From: Alphaproteobacteria bacterium
GTDB taxonomy: Bacteria > Pseudomonadota > Alphaproteobacteria > CAAHEQ01 > UBA3637
Direction of reading: 5' to 3'
NCBI GenBank assembly: GCA_017539265.1
Contig: JAFYHG010000018.1
Span: 8,779 to 72,778 of the forward strand
DNA length: 64,000 bases
Of the stretch, positions 30,368-39,566 are shown piece by piece. The first letter of the stretch is position 1; every line of letters begins with the position of its first letter. The notes beneath the pieces were generated by a model that did not search any database, had not been told where the DNA came from, and saw only the letters and a program-made list of their open reading frames with translations. The position numbers and the translations under genes are program-made.

Positions 30368-32609
30368 AATTTAAACGAAACACTCTTTTTTTATCATAGT
30401 CAGTTTTCAAAATCGGATACGAGAAATCCAAGTTAATCATACCCATCGGCGATTGCCACAAAATACCCGTACCGACCGCCAATCTTGTTTTGTCCGAATA
30501 GACCATGGTATTCGGATTATAGTCATCAGGTTTACCGATCCAACCGGCATCCGAAAAGACCTTACCTTTGATGCCCAATTCTTTCGGGAGTCCCACCGGG
30601 AACACCAATTCCGCGGTTGTTGTCGCATACCACAGACCACCCAACGAGTCATCCGTTGCCCGATCCCGTGCGCCAACGCCACCGTACTCAAACCCGCGCA
30701 AAGACACATCACCTAAGAAATACCTGTCGTTAATCCGCACTTTCTTCCCCGAAAGGCCCCAAATCCGACCGGCATCACCGCGCAGAGATAAAACAACTTC
30801 CTCTGCAACTGAAAAATATTTGATTCCCGTCACGTTCACGCGGAAGAATTTTGAATCTCCGCCCAGACCTGCAATATCGGTTCCCAAAGATGTATAATAT
30901 CCGGTTGTCGGATTGATTCGGCTGTCCCGCCGATCATAGATTAGCTCTTGTCCCACCAAAGACACAACATTCTTTCCTTTTTGTTCTTTAATATAAAGGG
31001 ACGCATCACTATCCACATCGTTAATATCATCCTGGCGCAAAGTATATCTGGCCGTTTGACGGAAGTGGTCCGTATAATCCCAACCGAAACGAATGGTACC
31101 GCCCGTTGAATCATAGCTGTATGAACTGGAATCACTGTTATCCCGTGTGGTATGGAATAAGTCAATCCCCGCCGTCAGGTTCTTATCCAAAAAGTACGGA
31201 TTTGTTAAACCCACCGTATACTGTGTTTCTTTTTGCGACAACATCGCATTCACACCAAAAATATTCCCCGTTCCCAGAACATTTCGTTCCTGAATACCGG
31301 TTTCAAACATCATTCCGTCATAGGATGACCAACCGATTCCGACACTAAATGCACCGGTTGATTTTTCCGCCACATCCAAAACGGCATTCACTTTTGACGG
31401 ATCCCGCGTGGGTTCTGTTTTTAATTCCACACGACCGAAGTAATCCAAATCCTCTACACGTTGTTTCGACCGTCTGAGTTTTGCAGAGTTAAACGCATCA
31501 CCCTCTTTAATTCTAAATTCACGCCGAATCACCTTATCCAATGTTCGGGAATTTCCGTTAATTTGGATTTTATCGATAAAGACCTTTTGCCCTTCCGCAA
31601 TCTGGAATTTCACATCAACCGTTTTTGTTTTTTCGTCTTTTTTGAACTGCGGTTCCACTTCCGCAAAAGCATATCCTTGATTTTCTACCGCTTCGGTTAA
31701 TTCATCAACCGTCAAATCCACCTTTGATATATCAAAGATATCTTTTTCTTCAAATTCAATTAAATCAGACAATTTTTCTTTTTCTTCATATTCCGGCAAG
31801 GACACCTTCACTTCCGGCTTTCCGAAACGATATCTGTCACCTTCCGTTACATCGATTGTAATCACAAACCCTGATTTATCCGGCAATAATTCCGCAACGG
31901 CACTGTTGACTCTAAAGTCCACATAACCGTTTTGCATATAGAACCGCCGCAGCAATTCCTGATCATAATTCAACCTGTCCGGATCATATGTGTCCGTCGA
32001 TGTTAAGAACCGATACCAAGCTGCTTCTTTCGTCATCATTTTATCTTGAAGCACACTTTCCGAAAAAGCATTGTTTCCCGTGATATTGATTTTCCGAACC
32101 TCTGTCCGCGCACCTTCATCAATTTCAAAAACAACATCCACCCGATTTTGATCTTGCGGAATAATTTTCGGCGTTACCGTTGCCGCAAACCGACCGTTGC
32201 GCTTATAAACATCTACCAACCTTGCCGCATCACTTTGAAGTTTACGCTGTGTATAAACGGTTCTGGGTTTTAACACAATTTCCGTTTTCAGGGCATCATC
32301 ATCCATTTTACTATTGCCCTCAAAAAATACCCGATGAACAATCGGATTTTCCTCTACTTTAATCTTGGCGACACCCTTATCCAACCGAATGTCCACATCC
32401 GAAAAAAGACCTGTTGCAAACAATGTTTTCGTTGCGGCATCCACATCGGATTCCGATACATTTTGTCCTTTCTTCAGGCGCAGATAATTCATCACGGTTG
32501 CATCTTCGATCCGACGCGTCCCTTCAATGGAAATATCCTTTAAAACCTCGGCCATTGCCGGCGAAGTCATAGCTGAACAAAGCAGTAATAAAGCAATTTG
32601 TTTTCTCAT
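30351..32609 (-). CDS. bamA: outer membrane protein assembly factor BamA
   Basis: Signal peptide, POTRA repeats, and a C-terminal barrel ending RLNFGKGF. Confidence 0.95.
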   Translation of the reverse strand: MRKQIALLLLCSAMTSPAMAEVLKDISIEGTRRIEDATVMNYLRLKKGQNVSESDVDAATKTLFATGLFSDVDIRLDKGVAKIKVEENPIVHRVFFEGNSKMDDDALKTEIVLKPRTVYTQRKLQSDAARLVDVYKRNGRFAATVTPKIIPQDQNRVDVVFEIDEGARTEVRKINITGNNAFSESVLQDKMMTKEAAWYRFLTSTDTYDPDRLNYDQELLRRFYMQNGYVDFRVNSAVAELLPDKSGFVITIDVTEGDRYRFGKPEVKVSLPEYEEKEKLSDLIEFEEKDIFDISKVDLTVDELTEAVENQGYAFAEVEPQFKKDEKTKTVDVKFQIAEGQKVFIDKIQINGNSRTLDKVIRREFRIKEGDAFNSAKLRRSKQRVEDLDYFGRVELKTEPTRDPSKVNAVLDVAEKSTGAFSVGIGWSSYDGMMFETGIQERNVLGTGNIFGVNAMLSQKETQYTVGLTNPYFLDKNLTAGIDLFHTTRDNSDSSSYSYDSTGGTIRFGWDYTDHFRQTARYTLRQDDINDVDSDASLYIKEQKGKNVVSLVGQELIYDRRDSRINPTTGYYTSLGTDIAGLGGDSKFFRVNVTGIKYFSVAEEVVLSLRGDAGRIWGLSGKKVRINDRYFLGDVSLRGFEYGGVGARDRATDDSLGGLWYATTTAELVFPVGLPKELGIKGKVFSDAGWIGKPDDYNPNTMVYSDKTRLAVGTGILWQSPMGMINLDFSYPILKTDYDKKRVFRLNFGKGF

Positions 32610-33721
32610 TCCAACATCCTTTGTATAATACGGGGAATATCCAAAATAAAGGTATATCCCACCAGCCCCATCAAAATACTAAACCCGACCCACATAGCGG
32701 CATTTTGAACTTTCTCCGTTAAGGGTTTTCTCCGAATGGCCTCCAATAAATACAAGGCCAAATGCCCTCCGTCCAACAAAGGAATCGGCAAAAAGTTCAT
32801 AAACCCGACCGCAATGGATATCTGTGCGATAAAGAGCAATAAAGCCAAAGGTCCCCCTTGAAACGCATCACCGGAAGCCTCTGCAATCCCCAGCGGTCCC
32901 CGCATTTCTCGGGGTGCCCGGTGGTGAAACAGGACTTGTCCCAAATACATCAAAGTATCCCGTGTCATTATCCATGCTTCTTGGCTCGATTTGGCAAAAG
33001 CTTCAAAAAATCCGACATCCTTTTTCTTCATTTTATCTTTAATTTTGAAAAATTCCGTCCGAACACCTAACCGTGGAGCTTCCCCATCTTCCATGTATCG
33101 AGGTGTCCCTTTTACTATCACGGTTTCTCCGTCCCGATCAATCGTAATCGTCAATTCCTTCCCGAATTCGGTAACACGTATCTTTCTCGAAATATCGGAC
33201 CAATCTTCAACTTCCTCATCATTGATACGGGTAATCTGATCACCGGCCAAGATACCGATTTCTTCGGCAACGGATCCTTTTTCCACTTCCGTAATAATGG
33301 CCGGAATACTGGAACTGCCTGTAAAATAAATTATAAATCCTAATGTAATAATAGAGAACACATAATTTGTCGCCGGTCCTGCAAAAATAATTGCCGCCCG
33401 CTTCCATAATTTTTGCGCCATAAATGTATAAGGCCGCAATTTTTTAGGTACCTTATCCATCGACGATTTAGCACTGGCCGCATCCATATCGCCCAACATT
33501 TTAACATATCCGCCCAAGGGGATCAGACAAATTTTCCACCGTGTTCCTTTTTTATCCGTTCTGCCACACAATTCTTTTCCGAACCCGAGTGAGAATTCCT
33601 CCACCCGTACACCGCACCATCTGGCGACCATAAAGTGCCCGCCCTCATGCACCACCACTACCAATGACAACACAAGGATAAACGCAAAAATATAAAAACA
33701 CGCTAAAACAAAACTTTCCAT
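32606..33721 (-). CDS. rseP: RIP zinc metalloprotease RseP
   Basis: HEGGHFMVA motif, PDZ region, and NFLPIPLLDGGH motif. Confidence 0.9.
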   Translation of the reverse strand: MESFVLACFYIFAFILVLSLVVVVHEGGHFMVARWCGVRVEEFSLGFGKELCGRTDKKGTRWKICLIPLGGYVKMLGDMDAASAKSSMDKVPKKLRPYTFMAQKLWKRAAIIFAGPATNYVFSIITLGFIIYFTGSSSIPAIITEVEKGSVAEEIGILAGDQITRINDEEVEDWSDISRKIRVTEFGKELTITIDRDGETVIVKGTPRYMEDGEAPRLGVRTEFFKIKDKMKKKDVGFFEAFAKSSQEAWIMTRDTLMYLGQVLFHHRAPREMRGPLGIAEASGDAFQGGPLALLLFIAQISIAVGFMNFLPIPLLDGGHLALYLLEAIRRKPLTEKVQNAAMWVGFSILMGLVGYTFILDIPRIIQRMLE

Positions 33722-33722
33722 T

Positions 33723-34553
33723 TTAATTCATCCATCCGTTAATAATAAAAGCCAACACAAAAGCCGTCGCACAAGAAGCAAACAAAAGCCCGTCCACCCG
33801 ATCAAAAAGACCGCCGTGTCCCGGTATTAAATCACTTGAATCTTTTAAATTCAGTTTCCGTTTAATTGCCGATTCAAAGAAGTCACCCACTTGTGCCACA
33901 ACCGCCAAAATACCGGCTGATACGACTAATTTCCACAAATAGTCATCTTCCGGTAATAATCGATACGCCTTTAAATACAAGGCAAATACATATGCCACCG
34001 CCATAGCAAACAAAATCGCTCCAAACAGTCCCGACCAAGTCTTTTTGGCACTAATTTTTGGGGCCAATTTCGGTCCGCCAACGGTTTTTCCCACTACAAA
34101 TCCGCCGATATCTGTTGCCCATACCACAAAAATCAACCACAAAACAATCTCCCGACTGACATTTTCATTGACATAGTAGATATAGCCCAATGACAACACC
34201 GGCAAACAAATATACGGCACACCCAAAGCAAATTTAAAATGTTTTGTAATGCCGAAAACAGAAGCCACACCCAATAAAATTAACCAAATACAAAACAGGG
34301 GATTGCCTTTGGCCATGAACGCGATTGAAATAGCGAAAAAAGTCATAACGACTTGTGCTGCGGCACCTTTCTTTTGAAACATTTTTCCCCATTCCCAAGA
34401 AAGCCCCTTTCCCAAAACAGCCAGTAAAAGAGGATACAAAGGAATATTATATTCCTCATAGACCATCTGCCCAAACCAAATCGGTGCCAGAACCATCGGC
34501 GCCAACGCAAGTGCCGACAAAACCCGCAAAGCCAAATTAGATTTCATAAGCAA
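33723..34553 (-). CDS. cdsA: phosphatidate cytidylyltransferase
   Basis: SAIKRKLNLKDSSDLIPGHGGLFDRVD signature. Confidence 0.85.
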   Translation of the reverse strand: MLMKSNLALRVLSALALAPMVLAPIWFGQMVYEEYNIPLYPLLLAVLGKGLSWEWGKMFQKKGAAAQVVMTFFAISIAFMAKGNPLFCIWLILLGVASVFGITKHFKFALGVPYICLPVLSLGYIYYVNENVSREIVLWLIFVVWATDIGGFVVGKTVGGPKLAPKISAKKTWSGLFGAILFAMAVAYVFALYLKAYRLLPEDDYLWKLVVSAGILAVVAQVGDFFESAIKRKLNLKDSSDLIPGHGGLFDRVDGLLFASCATAFVLAFIINGWMN

Positions 34554-34579
34554 TCATCCTTTCACATTACTTTCGTGAT

Positions 34580-34608
34580 ACTATTGCAGATTTTTCCCCC
34601 GCTGTCAA
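34580..34608 (-). promoter_or_regulatory. candidate promoter of cdsA
   Basis: On the minus strand, TTGACA-17 nt-AATAGT. Confidence 0.35.
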
Positions 34609-34694
34609 GTGTTATTCTATTTTATTCACTCGAAAAATTTTATATCCGAATATATCCACCAATACCCCACCCGCACATATGACTTTAGGGCAAA

Positions 34695-34725
34695 CAAAAA
34701 AGGGAACCCATCGGGCTCCCTTTTT
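34695..34725 (-). terminator. Rho-independent (bidirectional-looking) terminator after tsf
   Basis: On the minus strand, agggagccc-gat-gggttccct forms a 9-bp stem followed by tttttt. Confidence 0.6.
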
Positions 34726-34740
34726 CTTTATCGGTTAGGA

Positions 34741-35661
34741 TTAACCGTTCATTTGTTTGGCAACTTCTGCGGCGAAATCTTCTTCTTTCTTTTCGATTCC
34801 TTCGCCCAAACCAAAGCGCACAAAAGCCGTCAATTTCACATCTGTTCCGACGGATTTTGCCAAATCGGCCACCACATCTTTAACCTTCTTGTCCGGATCC
34901 ATGATAAAGGCCTGTTCCAACAGGACCACTTCTTCATAGAATTTCCGCATCCGGCCTTCCACCATTTTTTCAATGATGGCCGCAGGTTTTCCGGAATTTT
35001 TAGCCTGTTCGCTATAGATTCCTTTTTCATGTTCAATCGTTGCCGCATCAACATCTGCCACCGCCAAAAAGCGCGGATTGGCCGCCGCAATATGCATGGC
35101 AATTTTCTTACCGGTTTCTTGTAACGCTGCTTGATCGCCCGTGCTTTCCAAAGCCACTAAAACACCAATCTTACCCATTCCCGATACCGTTGCCGTATGA
35201 ACATAGGGAACAACAACCCCTTGGTTCACCGACACATAACCGCTCCGACGCAGGTTCATGTTTTCACCGATTGTTGCAATCAAAGACGTTAAAGTATCCG
35301 AAACCGTTTTGCCGTTTAAATCGGCTGATTTAACGGCATCAACATCGCCTTTTTTCGCCAATGCAACCGTCATCACATCGCCCAAGAATTTTTGAAAGTC
35401 TGTATTTTTAGCCACAAAGTCTGTTTCGCTGTTGAGTTCCACCACAGCCCCTTCCAGACCTTTCACAATCACGCCGACAAGCCCTTGATTCGCTACCCGA
35501 CCGGCTTTCTTTTCGGCAACTGACATACCTTTTTTGCGCAAAAAGTCAATGGCGGCATCCAAATCACCATTTGTTTCCGACAGGGCTTTCTTGCACTCCA
35601 TCATACCGGCACCTGTTTTTTCGCGCAGTTCTTTAACTAAACCAGCTTTAATTTCTGACAT
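34741..35661 (-). CDS. tsf: elongation factor Ts
   Basis: [30 protein letters not shown]-like N-terminus, full length. Confidence 0.95.
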   Translation of the reverse strand: MSEIKAGLVKELREKTGAGMMECKKALSETNGDLDAAIDFLRKKGMSVAEKKAGRVANQGLVGVIVKGLEGAVVELNSETDFVAKNTDFQKFLGDVMTVALAKKGDVDAVKSADLNGKTVSDTLTSLIATIGENMNLRRSGYVSVNQGVVVPYVHTATVSGMGKIGVLVALESTGDQAALQETGKKIAMHIAAANPRFLAVADVDAATIEHEKGIYSEQAKNSGKPAAIIEKMVEGRMRKFYEEVVLLEQAFIMDPDKKVKDVVADLAKSVGTDVKLTAFVRFGLGEGIEKKEEDFAAEVAKQMNG

Positions 35662-36208
35662 GTTGTTTTTCTCCTTTTGTTTGTTGTTGATTAATTTTTG
35701 TTTTTTTTCTTGAAATCAGAAGGGCCTGAATTTGTGTCTTACGATCGGCCAACAGTATTTCTGCAACCCGATAAGCCTGATGAGCCTGTTGTAAACAAAT
35801 CGCCCGTTCCAATATCGGATGATAGTTATAGTATTTAAAGGCTATTTTTGTCATTTCCGTTCTGCCATAGTTCCGTTTAGGACTTAAGGCCTTTACACAA
35901 ACCTGCTGTTCGGCCGGTGATAATCCCGCCGCGAACTGGCAATTTGTCTGATAATTCAAATCCTCTATACTGTCAAACCGTTTCCATTGTACTTCCCGCA
36001 ACTGTGGAAGAGGTCCCCGCAGTGTCCGCAAAGTAAAATGTTCCATATCCGGCGGAATATGGGCGACAAAAGTCTGCCCCGAACTCAGGCCAAACACATA
36101 GAATGAGCCACTCAATCCCGTTGAAAACAATTTTCTTTCCGATGCAGACGCCGGTTGCACAAAAGAAAGTGATGTCTTTAAAATTTTTCGGATTTGTTGC
36201 CCTTCCAT
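35648..36208 (-). CDS. hypothetical protein, diverged third paralog of the rpsB-tsf insert family
   Basis: SD ggggga 5 nt before the ATG. Motifs [12 protein letters not shown] and [10 protein letters not shown] match the two upstream ORFs. Overlaps the tsf start by 14 nt. Confidence 0.5.
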   Translation of the reverse strand: MEGQQIRKILKTSLSFVQPASASERKLFSTGLSGSFYVFGLSSGQTFVAHIPPDMEHFTLRTLRGPLPQLREVQWKRFDSIEDLNYQTNCQFAAGLSPAEQQVCVKALSPKRNYGRTEMTKIAFKYYNYHPILERAICLQQAHQAYRVAEILLADRKTQIQALLISRKKTKINQQQTKGEKQHVRN

Positions 36209-36223
36209 TATGTCCCCCTACAA

Positions 36224-36763
36224 TCACTCATATTGTTTCAGGTCATATGTTTGCCGCCGCATTGCCATAAAATCTTGCAGATTTTGTTCTGCCTGCACTT
36301 TTGCCTGCGACATTTTCAAGAAATTAGCCCAATGATGCACCAATTCCATGGTTGTTTTCAAAAGCGGCACACAATGATAATCCGGGAAAGGCACCCACCG
36401 TTTTTCCTTAATGGGATATGGTGTCAAAACTTGCTGATAGGCTTCTCTCGCTTGCGCCGAGCAAGTCGCCTGAAAAGAAATTTCCGTCTTCAAAGCCGCC
36501 GGATATCCGCAAAATCCCCGTGCATTTCTGTTTTTCCAGTGTATTTTTGTAACATCCGGAACTTGATTGTATTCGGCAATCGGTATAAACAGGTATCCCG
36601 ATTTTGAAATAATCCCCCGGTAAGCCTGTTGCTTCTCCAAGTAAAAATCTACTGTCAGTTGAGTCGTATCCCATTGGCGATTTTCCATCGAAACCACCGG
36701 GCTTTCCAATATCTGTTTAATGTTCGAATCCAACAGATACTCATTTTTTGATTTTCTAGCCAT
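36224..36763 (-). CDS. hypothetical protein, paralog 2 of the rpsB-tsf insert family
   Basis: SD gagg. 8-nt overlap (ATGGCTAG) with the upstream ORF. Colinear similarity to 36756..37277, ending TYDLKQYE. Confidence 0.55.
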   Translation of the reverse strand: MARKSKNEYLLDSNIKQILESPVVSMENRQWDTTQLTVDFYLEKQQAYRGIISKSGYLFIPIAEYNQVPDVTKIHWKNRNARGFCGYPAALKTEISFQATCSAQAREAYQQVLTPYPIKEKRWVPFPDYHCVPLLKTTMELVHHWANFLKMSQAKVQAEQNLQDFMAMRRQTYDLKQYE

Positions 36764-37277
36764 ATTGCCTCAGATCATAAGTTGCTTGTTTCAATGCTAA
36801 AATATCGGTCAAATTTTGATTCGCCTTCTTGGCAATCAGATCCATTTGAACTTTTTTCTCATAGGCATGTCGAACCTTAAATGCCGTCTGAAGCATCGGC
36901 ACATACCGATAAATCGGATACGGCCGCCAATCTTTTTCTTCAACTTCACGCGGTGTTAAGATTCTTTCATAAGCTTCTTTATCTACCTCTGATACCTTTT
37001 TGCTCAACACAACTTCGGTATCAAAACCGCTGCCGCGACCGCCGAAACCCATTCTATATGATTTCCACAGGATTTTCTGGAGTTCCGGCAATTGATTCTG
37101 CTCTGCATCAGCAGAAAACTGATATCCTTTTTCATTCCACAAAACACGGAATTTTTGTTTGCTTGACAGATAAAAATCCGCTTCCCACCATAAACCAATA
37201 TGGGGATCAACCGTTGACTGAAAATTTTCAATTTTGACAACTTCAGCGTTTAGTATTTTCTCGGCATTAGGCGTCAT
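36756..37277 (-). CDS. hypothetical protein, paralog 1 of the rpsB-tsf insert family
   Basis: ATG 37277 has SD aaagga 9 nt upstream. The alternative ATG at 37295 has no SD. Ends TYDLRQYG. Confidence 0.55.
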   Translation of the reverse strand: MTPNAEKILNAEVVKIENFQSTVDPHIGLWWEADFYLSSKQKFRVLWNEKGYQFSADAEQNQLPELQKILWKSYRMGFGGRGSGFDTEVVLSKKVSEVDKEAYERILTPREVEEKDWRPYPIYRYVPMLQTAFKVRHAYEKKVQMDLIAKKANQNLTDILALKQATYDLRQYG

Positions 37278-37300
37278 TTGAAGGTATCCTTTCATTCAAA

Positions 37301-37328
37301 AGGGGAAGAAGGTGTGCCCCCTTCCCCT
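37301..37328 (-). terminator. hairpin/partial attenuator between rpsB and the inserted ORFs
   Basis: aggggaag ... cttcccct forms an 8-bp stem. On the minus strand only TTTT follows it. Confidence 0.4.
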
Positions 37329-37337
37329 TTTTTTATT

Positions 37338-38105
37338 TTATTCTGCCTTTGCTTCCGCAGGGGCTTCTGCCGGCACTTCTGCTGCCGCACCGACATCAAC
37401 GCCGGCCGCTTTTAATTCGGCTTGAATACCGTCTAAAACAGCACCGGAAACCAAATCGCAATAGAGGTTAATTGCTCTCAAGGCATCATCATTCCCCGGT
37501 ACCGGATAGGCAATCCCGTCCGGATTCGCATTAGAATCGCAAATCGCAACCACGGGGATCCCTAATTTTTGGGCTTCCGCAATGGCCAATTGTTCCTTGG
37601 GCACATCGATTACAAAGATAATGTCCGGACGACCGTTCATATCTTGAATACCACCTAATGAGGCAAACAATTTTTCGCGTTCGCGTTCCATGTTCAATTT
37701 TTCTTTTTTGGTAAAACCGTTCAATTCGCCTTTGGCGATTTTAGAATCGATTTCTTTTAAGCGTTTAATACTGGAAGAAATGGTTTTCCAGTTCGTGAGC
37801 ATACCACCCAACCAACGGTGATTCACAAAGAATTGGCCGCAACGTTTTGCTGCTTGTTCAATCGGTTCTTGGGCTTGTTCTTTAGTTCCCACAAACAAAA
37901 CCTTGCCACCTTTGGCCGCGACATCGCGGATGGCTTCCAAGGCCCGATACAACATCGGAACTGATTGTGTTAAATCCATGATATGCACGCCTTCACGTGT
38001 TCCATAGATATATTGCCCCATTTTCGGGTTCCAGCGGCGCGCATTGTGCCCGAAATGGACACCCGCTTCAATAAGTTGACGCATAGATATAGTCGGAAGA
38101 GTCAT
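37338..38105 (-). CDS. rpsB: 30S ribosomal protein S2
   Basis: [13 protein letters not shown] start region, full length, Ala/Glu-rich tail. Confidence 0.95.
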   Translation of the reverse strand: MTLPTISMRQLIEAGVHFGHNARRWNPKMGQYIYGTREGVHIMDLTQSVPMLYRALEAIRDVAAKGGKVLFVGTKEQAQEPIEQAAKRCGQFFVNHRWLGGMLTNWKTISSSIKRLKEIDSKIAKGELNGFTKKEKLNMEREREKLFASLGGIQDMNGRPDIIFVIDVPKEQLAIAEAQKLGIPVVAICDSNANPDGIAYPVPGNDDALRAINLYCDLVSGAVLDGIQAELKAAGVDVGAAAEVPAEAPAEAKAE

Positions 38106-38257
38106 TTTAATATCCTTTCTTTTTCCGGTTAAACCTCAGTGGGGCAGAGCATCAATGAACCTTCATCGACACCGGAAGCGTTGTTTTCTCGGGAACTCCC
38201 CGAAATAAGCGCTTTCCCCACATGTGAATTTTGCCGTTTTTGTAAACGACGGTTGCT

Positions 38258-38286
38258 CTTATACACTATTTTTCCCCAAAAGTCAA
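38258..38286 (-). promoter_or_regulatory. candidate rpsB promoter
   Basis: On the minus strand, TTGACT-17 nt-TATAAG, giving a leader of about 145 nt. Confidence 0.45.
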
Positions 38287-38346
38287 GCATTATTTACACC
38301 TAACTCCAACCTTTTTCCATACGTAAAGTTTTCTGTTTTAGGCGCT

Positions 38347-38371
38347 AAAAAAGCCCCGTCAAAAGGGGCTT
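38347..38371 (-). terminator. orphaned native terminator of tRNA-Arg
   Basis: On the minus strand, directly after the distal att copy: aagcccc-ttttgac-ggggctt followed by ttttt. Confidence 0.5.
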
Positions 38372-38381
38372 TATTACAAAC

Positions 38382-38398
38382 TGGCGCGCCCGGCAGGA
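38382..38398. repeat. att copy 1 (17-bp duplicate of the tRNA-Arg 3' end)
   Basis: tggcgcgcccggcagga is identical to 43255-43271 and 59090-59106. Confidence 0.85.
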
Positions 38399-38603
38399 GC
38401 TTGGGGGGAAAGCAAAATAACCCACTGGATCAGTTGAAAAATTTTCAGGCAATATTTGAGGGTTTTCAGAAAGTGTCCAGGGGATGACAAGGGGTGATAG
38501 ATGAACAAATTTCTTGATGTATTTCAAGGGTAATTTCATATAAGGATAAAACTGTATTTTTGACACCTGTCTTATAAAAACAAGTTGGGCAAAAGGGCAT
38601 TTG

Positions 38604-38672
38604 TCAAAGATACATCAAAAGACGTCTTGTGGTAATGGCTTGCACCTCTTTATAAAACCTTTTCCAATACAT
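38604..38672 (-). pseudogene. 3' remnant of a homolog of ORF 43477..43938
   Basis: Translates ...KRFYKEVQAITTRRLLMYL-stop, compared with ...DRLYEEGQSIITRRLLKYL-stop. Truncated upstream. Confidence 0.5.
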
Positions 38673-38714
38673 CTTATTTTTTAAACGCTCTAAAAAACAT
38701 TATATTGTGATATG

Positions 38715-39563
38715 TTAGTCAGCATCATAGGTCCATTGACCATTTCTTAATTCAAATTTATCTAGATTAAATTTGACAGTACAATTTCCTTCAGGATCAC
38801 AACCGCCTGATATATTATTAAGATTCTTGATTTTTATATCTGTTATTATCGGAAAACGGTAGTAAAATACTTTTATTTTAAATGTAACCAGACCGGTCTC
38901 ATCTCCTAACATATTCTCAATGTAATCTAACGCCTTATCTTTTGGAAGATTTAGTTTGAAAATATCATATCTTTTTGCTTTATCCAATTTGATGTTAATG
39001 GCAACCGAGGAAGCATAATTTAGTATTGTATCTGCTAGATAATTCGCCCATAATCTATTATACTGATTTTCAAATAGCGTTTTAATCTCTTTTAAATCCT
39101 GATTCTCTTTTTTAAACTGGTACAAAGAAAGCAAAGTGTTCAGATTTTTTATCAATGGTTCTCCTTTACTAAAAATTTTAACTAATTCTTCCGTACTTTC
39201 AAAAGGATAATCTTTCTTTTCTAGAGAAAAACGGTGCAAGGCTGATTCAATGGCGGCATAATAGAGAACATGGTTCAATACCGTATTTACACAAGATTGA
39301 TACCTTTTCCCCTTTGTGAGGCATTGCTCTACTCTTGTTTTGATCTTTGCAGAGTCATAAGCTTTATCTATTGCCACAAGAGTTTCTTCTACCGTATCAG
39401 CATTCATTGTACCATCAATAATTTCTTGGGTGAGTTCCAATAATTTTGTTCTAAAATTAGAAATGGATTCTATTTGTTGACTTGTCATATCAAGGGCGTA
39501 ACTTTTACTTGTCATCAATACAAAAGTAATGACCAGAGCTAAGGATATTTTTATTTTAGACAT
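38715..39563 (-). CDS. hypothetical secreted protein
   Basis: Signal peptide MSKIKISLALVITFVLMTSKSYA. Last gene of a 4-gene same-strand block. Confidence 0.5.
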   Translation of the reverse strand: MSKIKISLALVITFVLMTSKSYALDMTSQQIESISNFRTKLLELTQEIIDGTMNADTVEETLVAIDKAYDSAKIKTRVEQCLTKGKRYQSCVNTVLNHVLYYAAIESALHRFSLEKKDYPFESTEELVKIFSKGEPLIKNLNTLLSLYQFKKENQDLKEIKTLFENQYNRLWANYLADTILNYASSVAINIKLDKAKRYDIFKLNLPKDKALDYIENMLGDETGLVTFKIKVFYYRFPIITDIKIKNLNNISGGCDPEGNCTVKFNLDKFELRNGQWTYDAD

Positions 39564-39566
39564 ATT

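Noticed and set aside
34586-34602. A G-run plus A/T-run (ggggaaaaa-like) shared by the spacers of the cdsA, rpsB (38264-38280) and rnpB (63668-63684) candidate promoters.
   Set aside because: It rests on only three short, imperfect instances and could be coincidence. The promoter calls themselves are unverified.
34609-35124. 171-aa plus-strand ORF.
   Set aside because: It is antisense to tsf and spans the tsf terminator. tsf is unambiguous.
38224-38566. ORFs 38224..38487(+) and 38345..38566(-).
   Set aside because: They cover the rpsB leader/promoter, the orphan tRNA terminator, the att copy and the conserved element end. No start signals are present.
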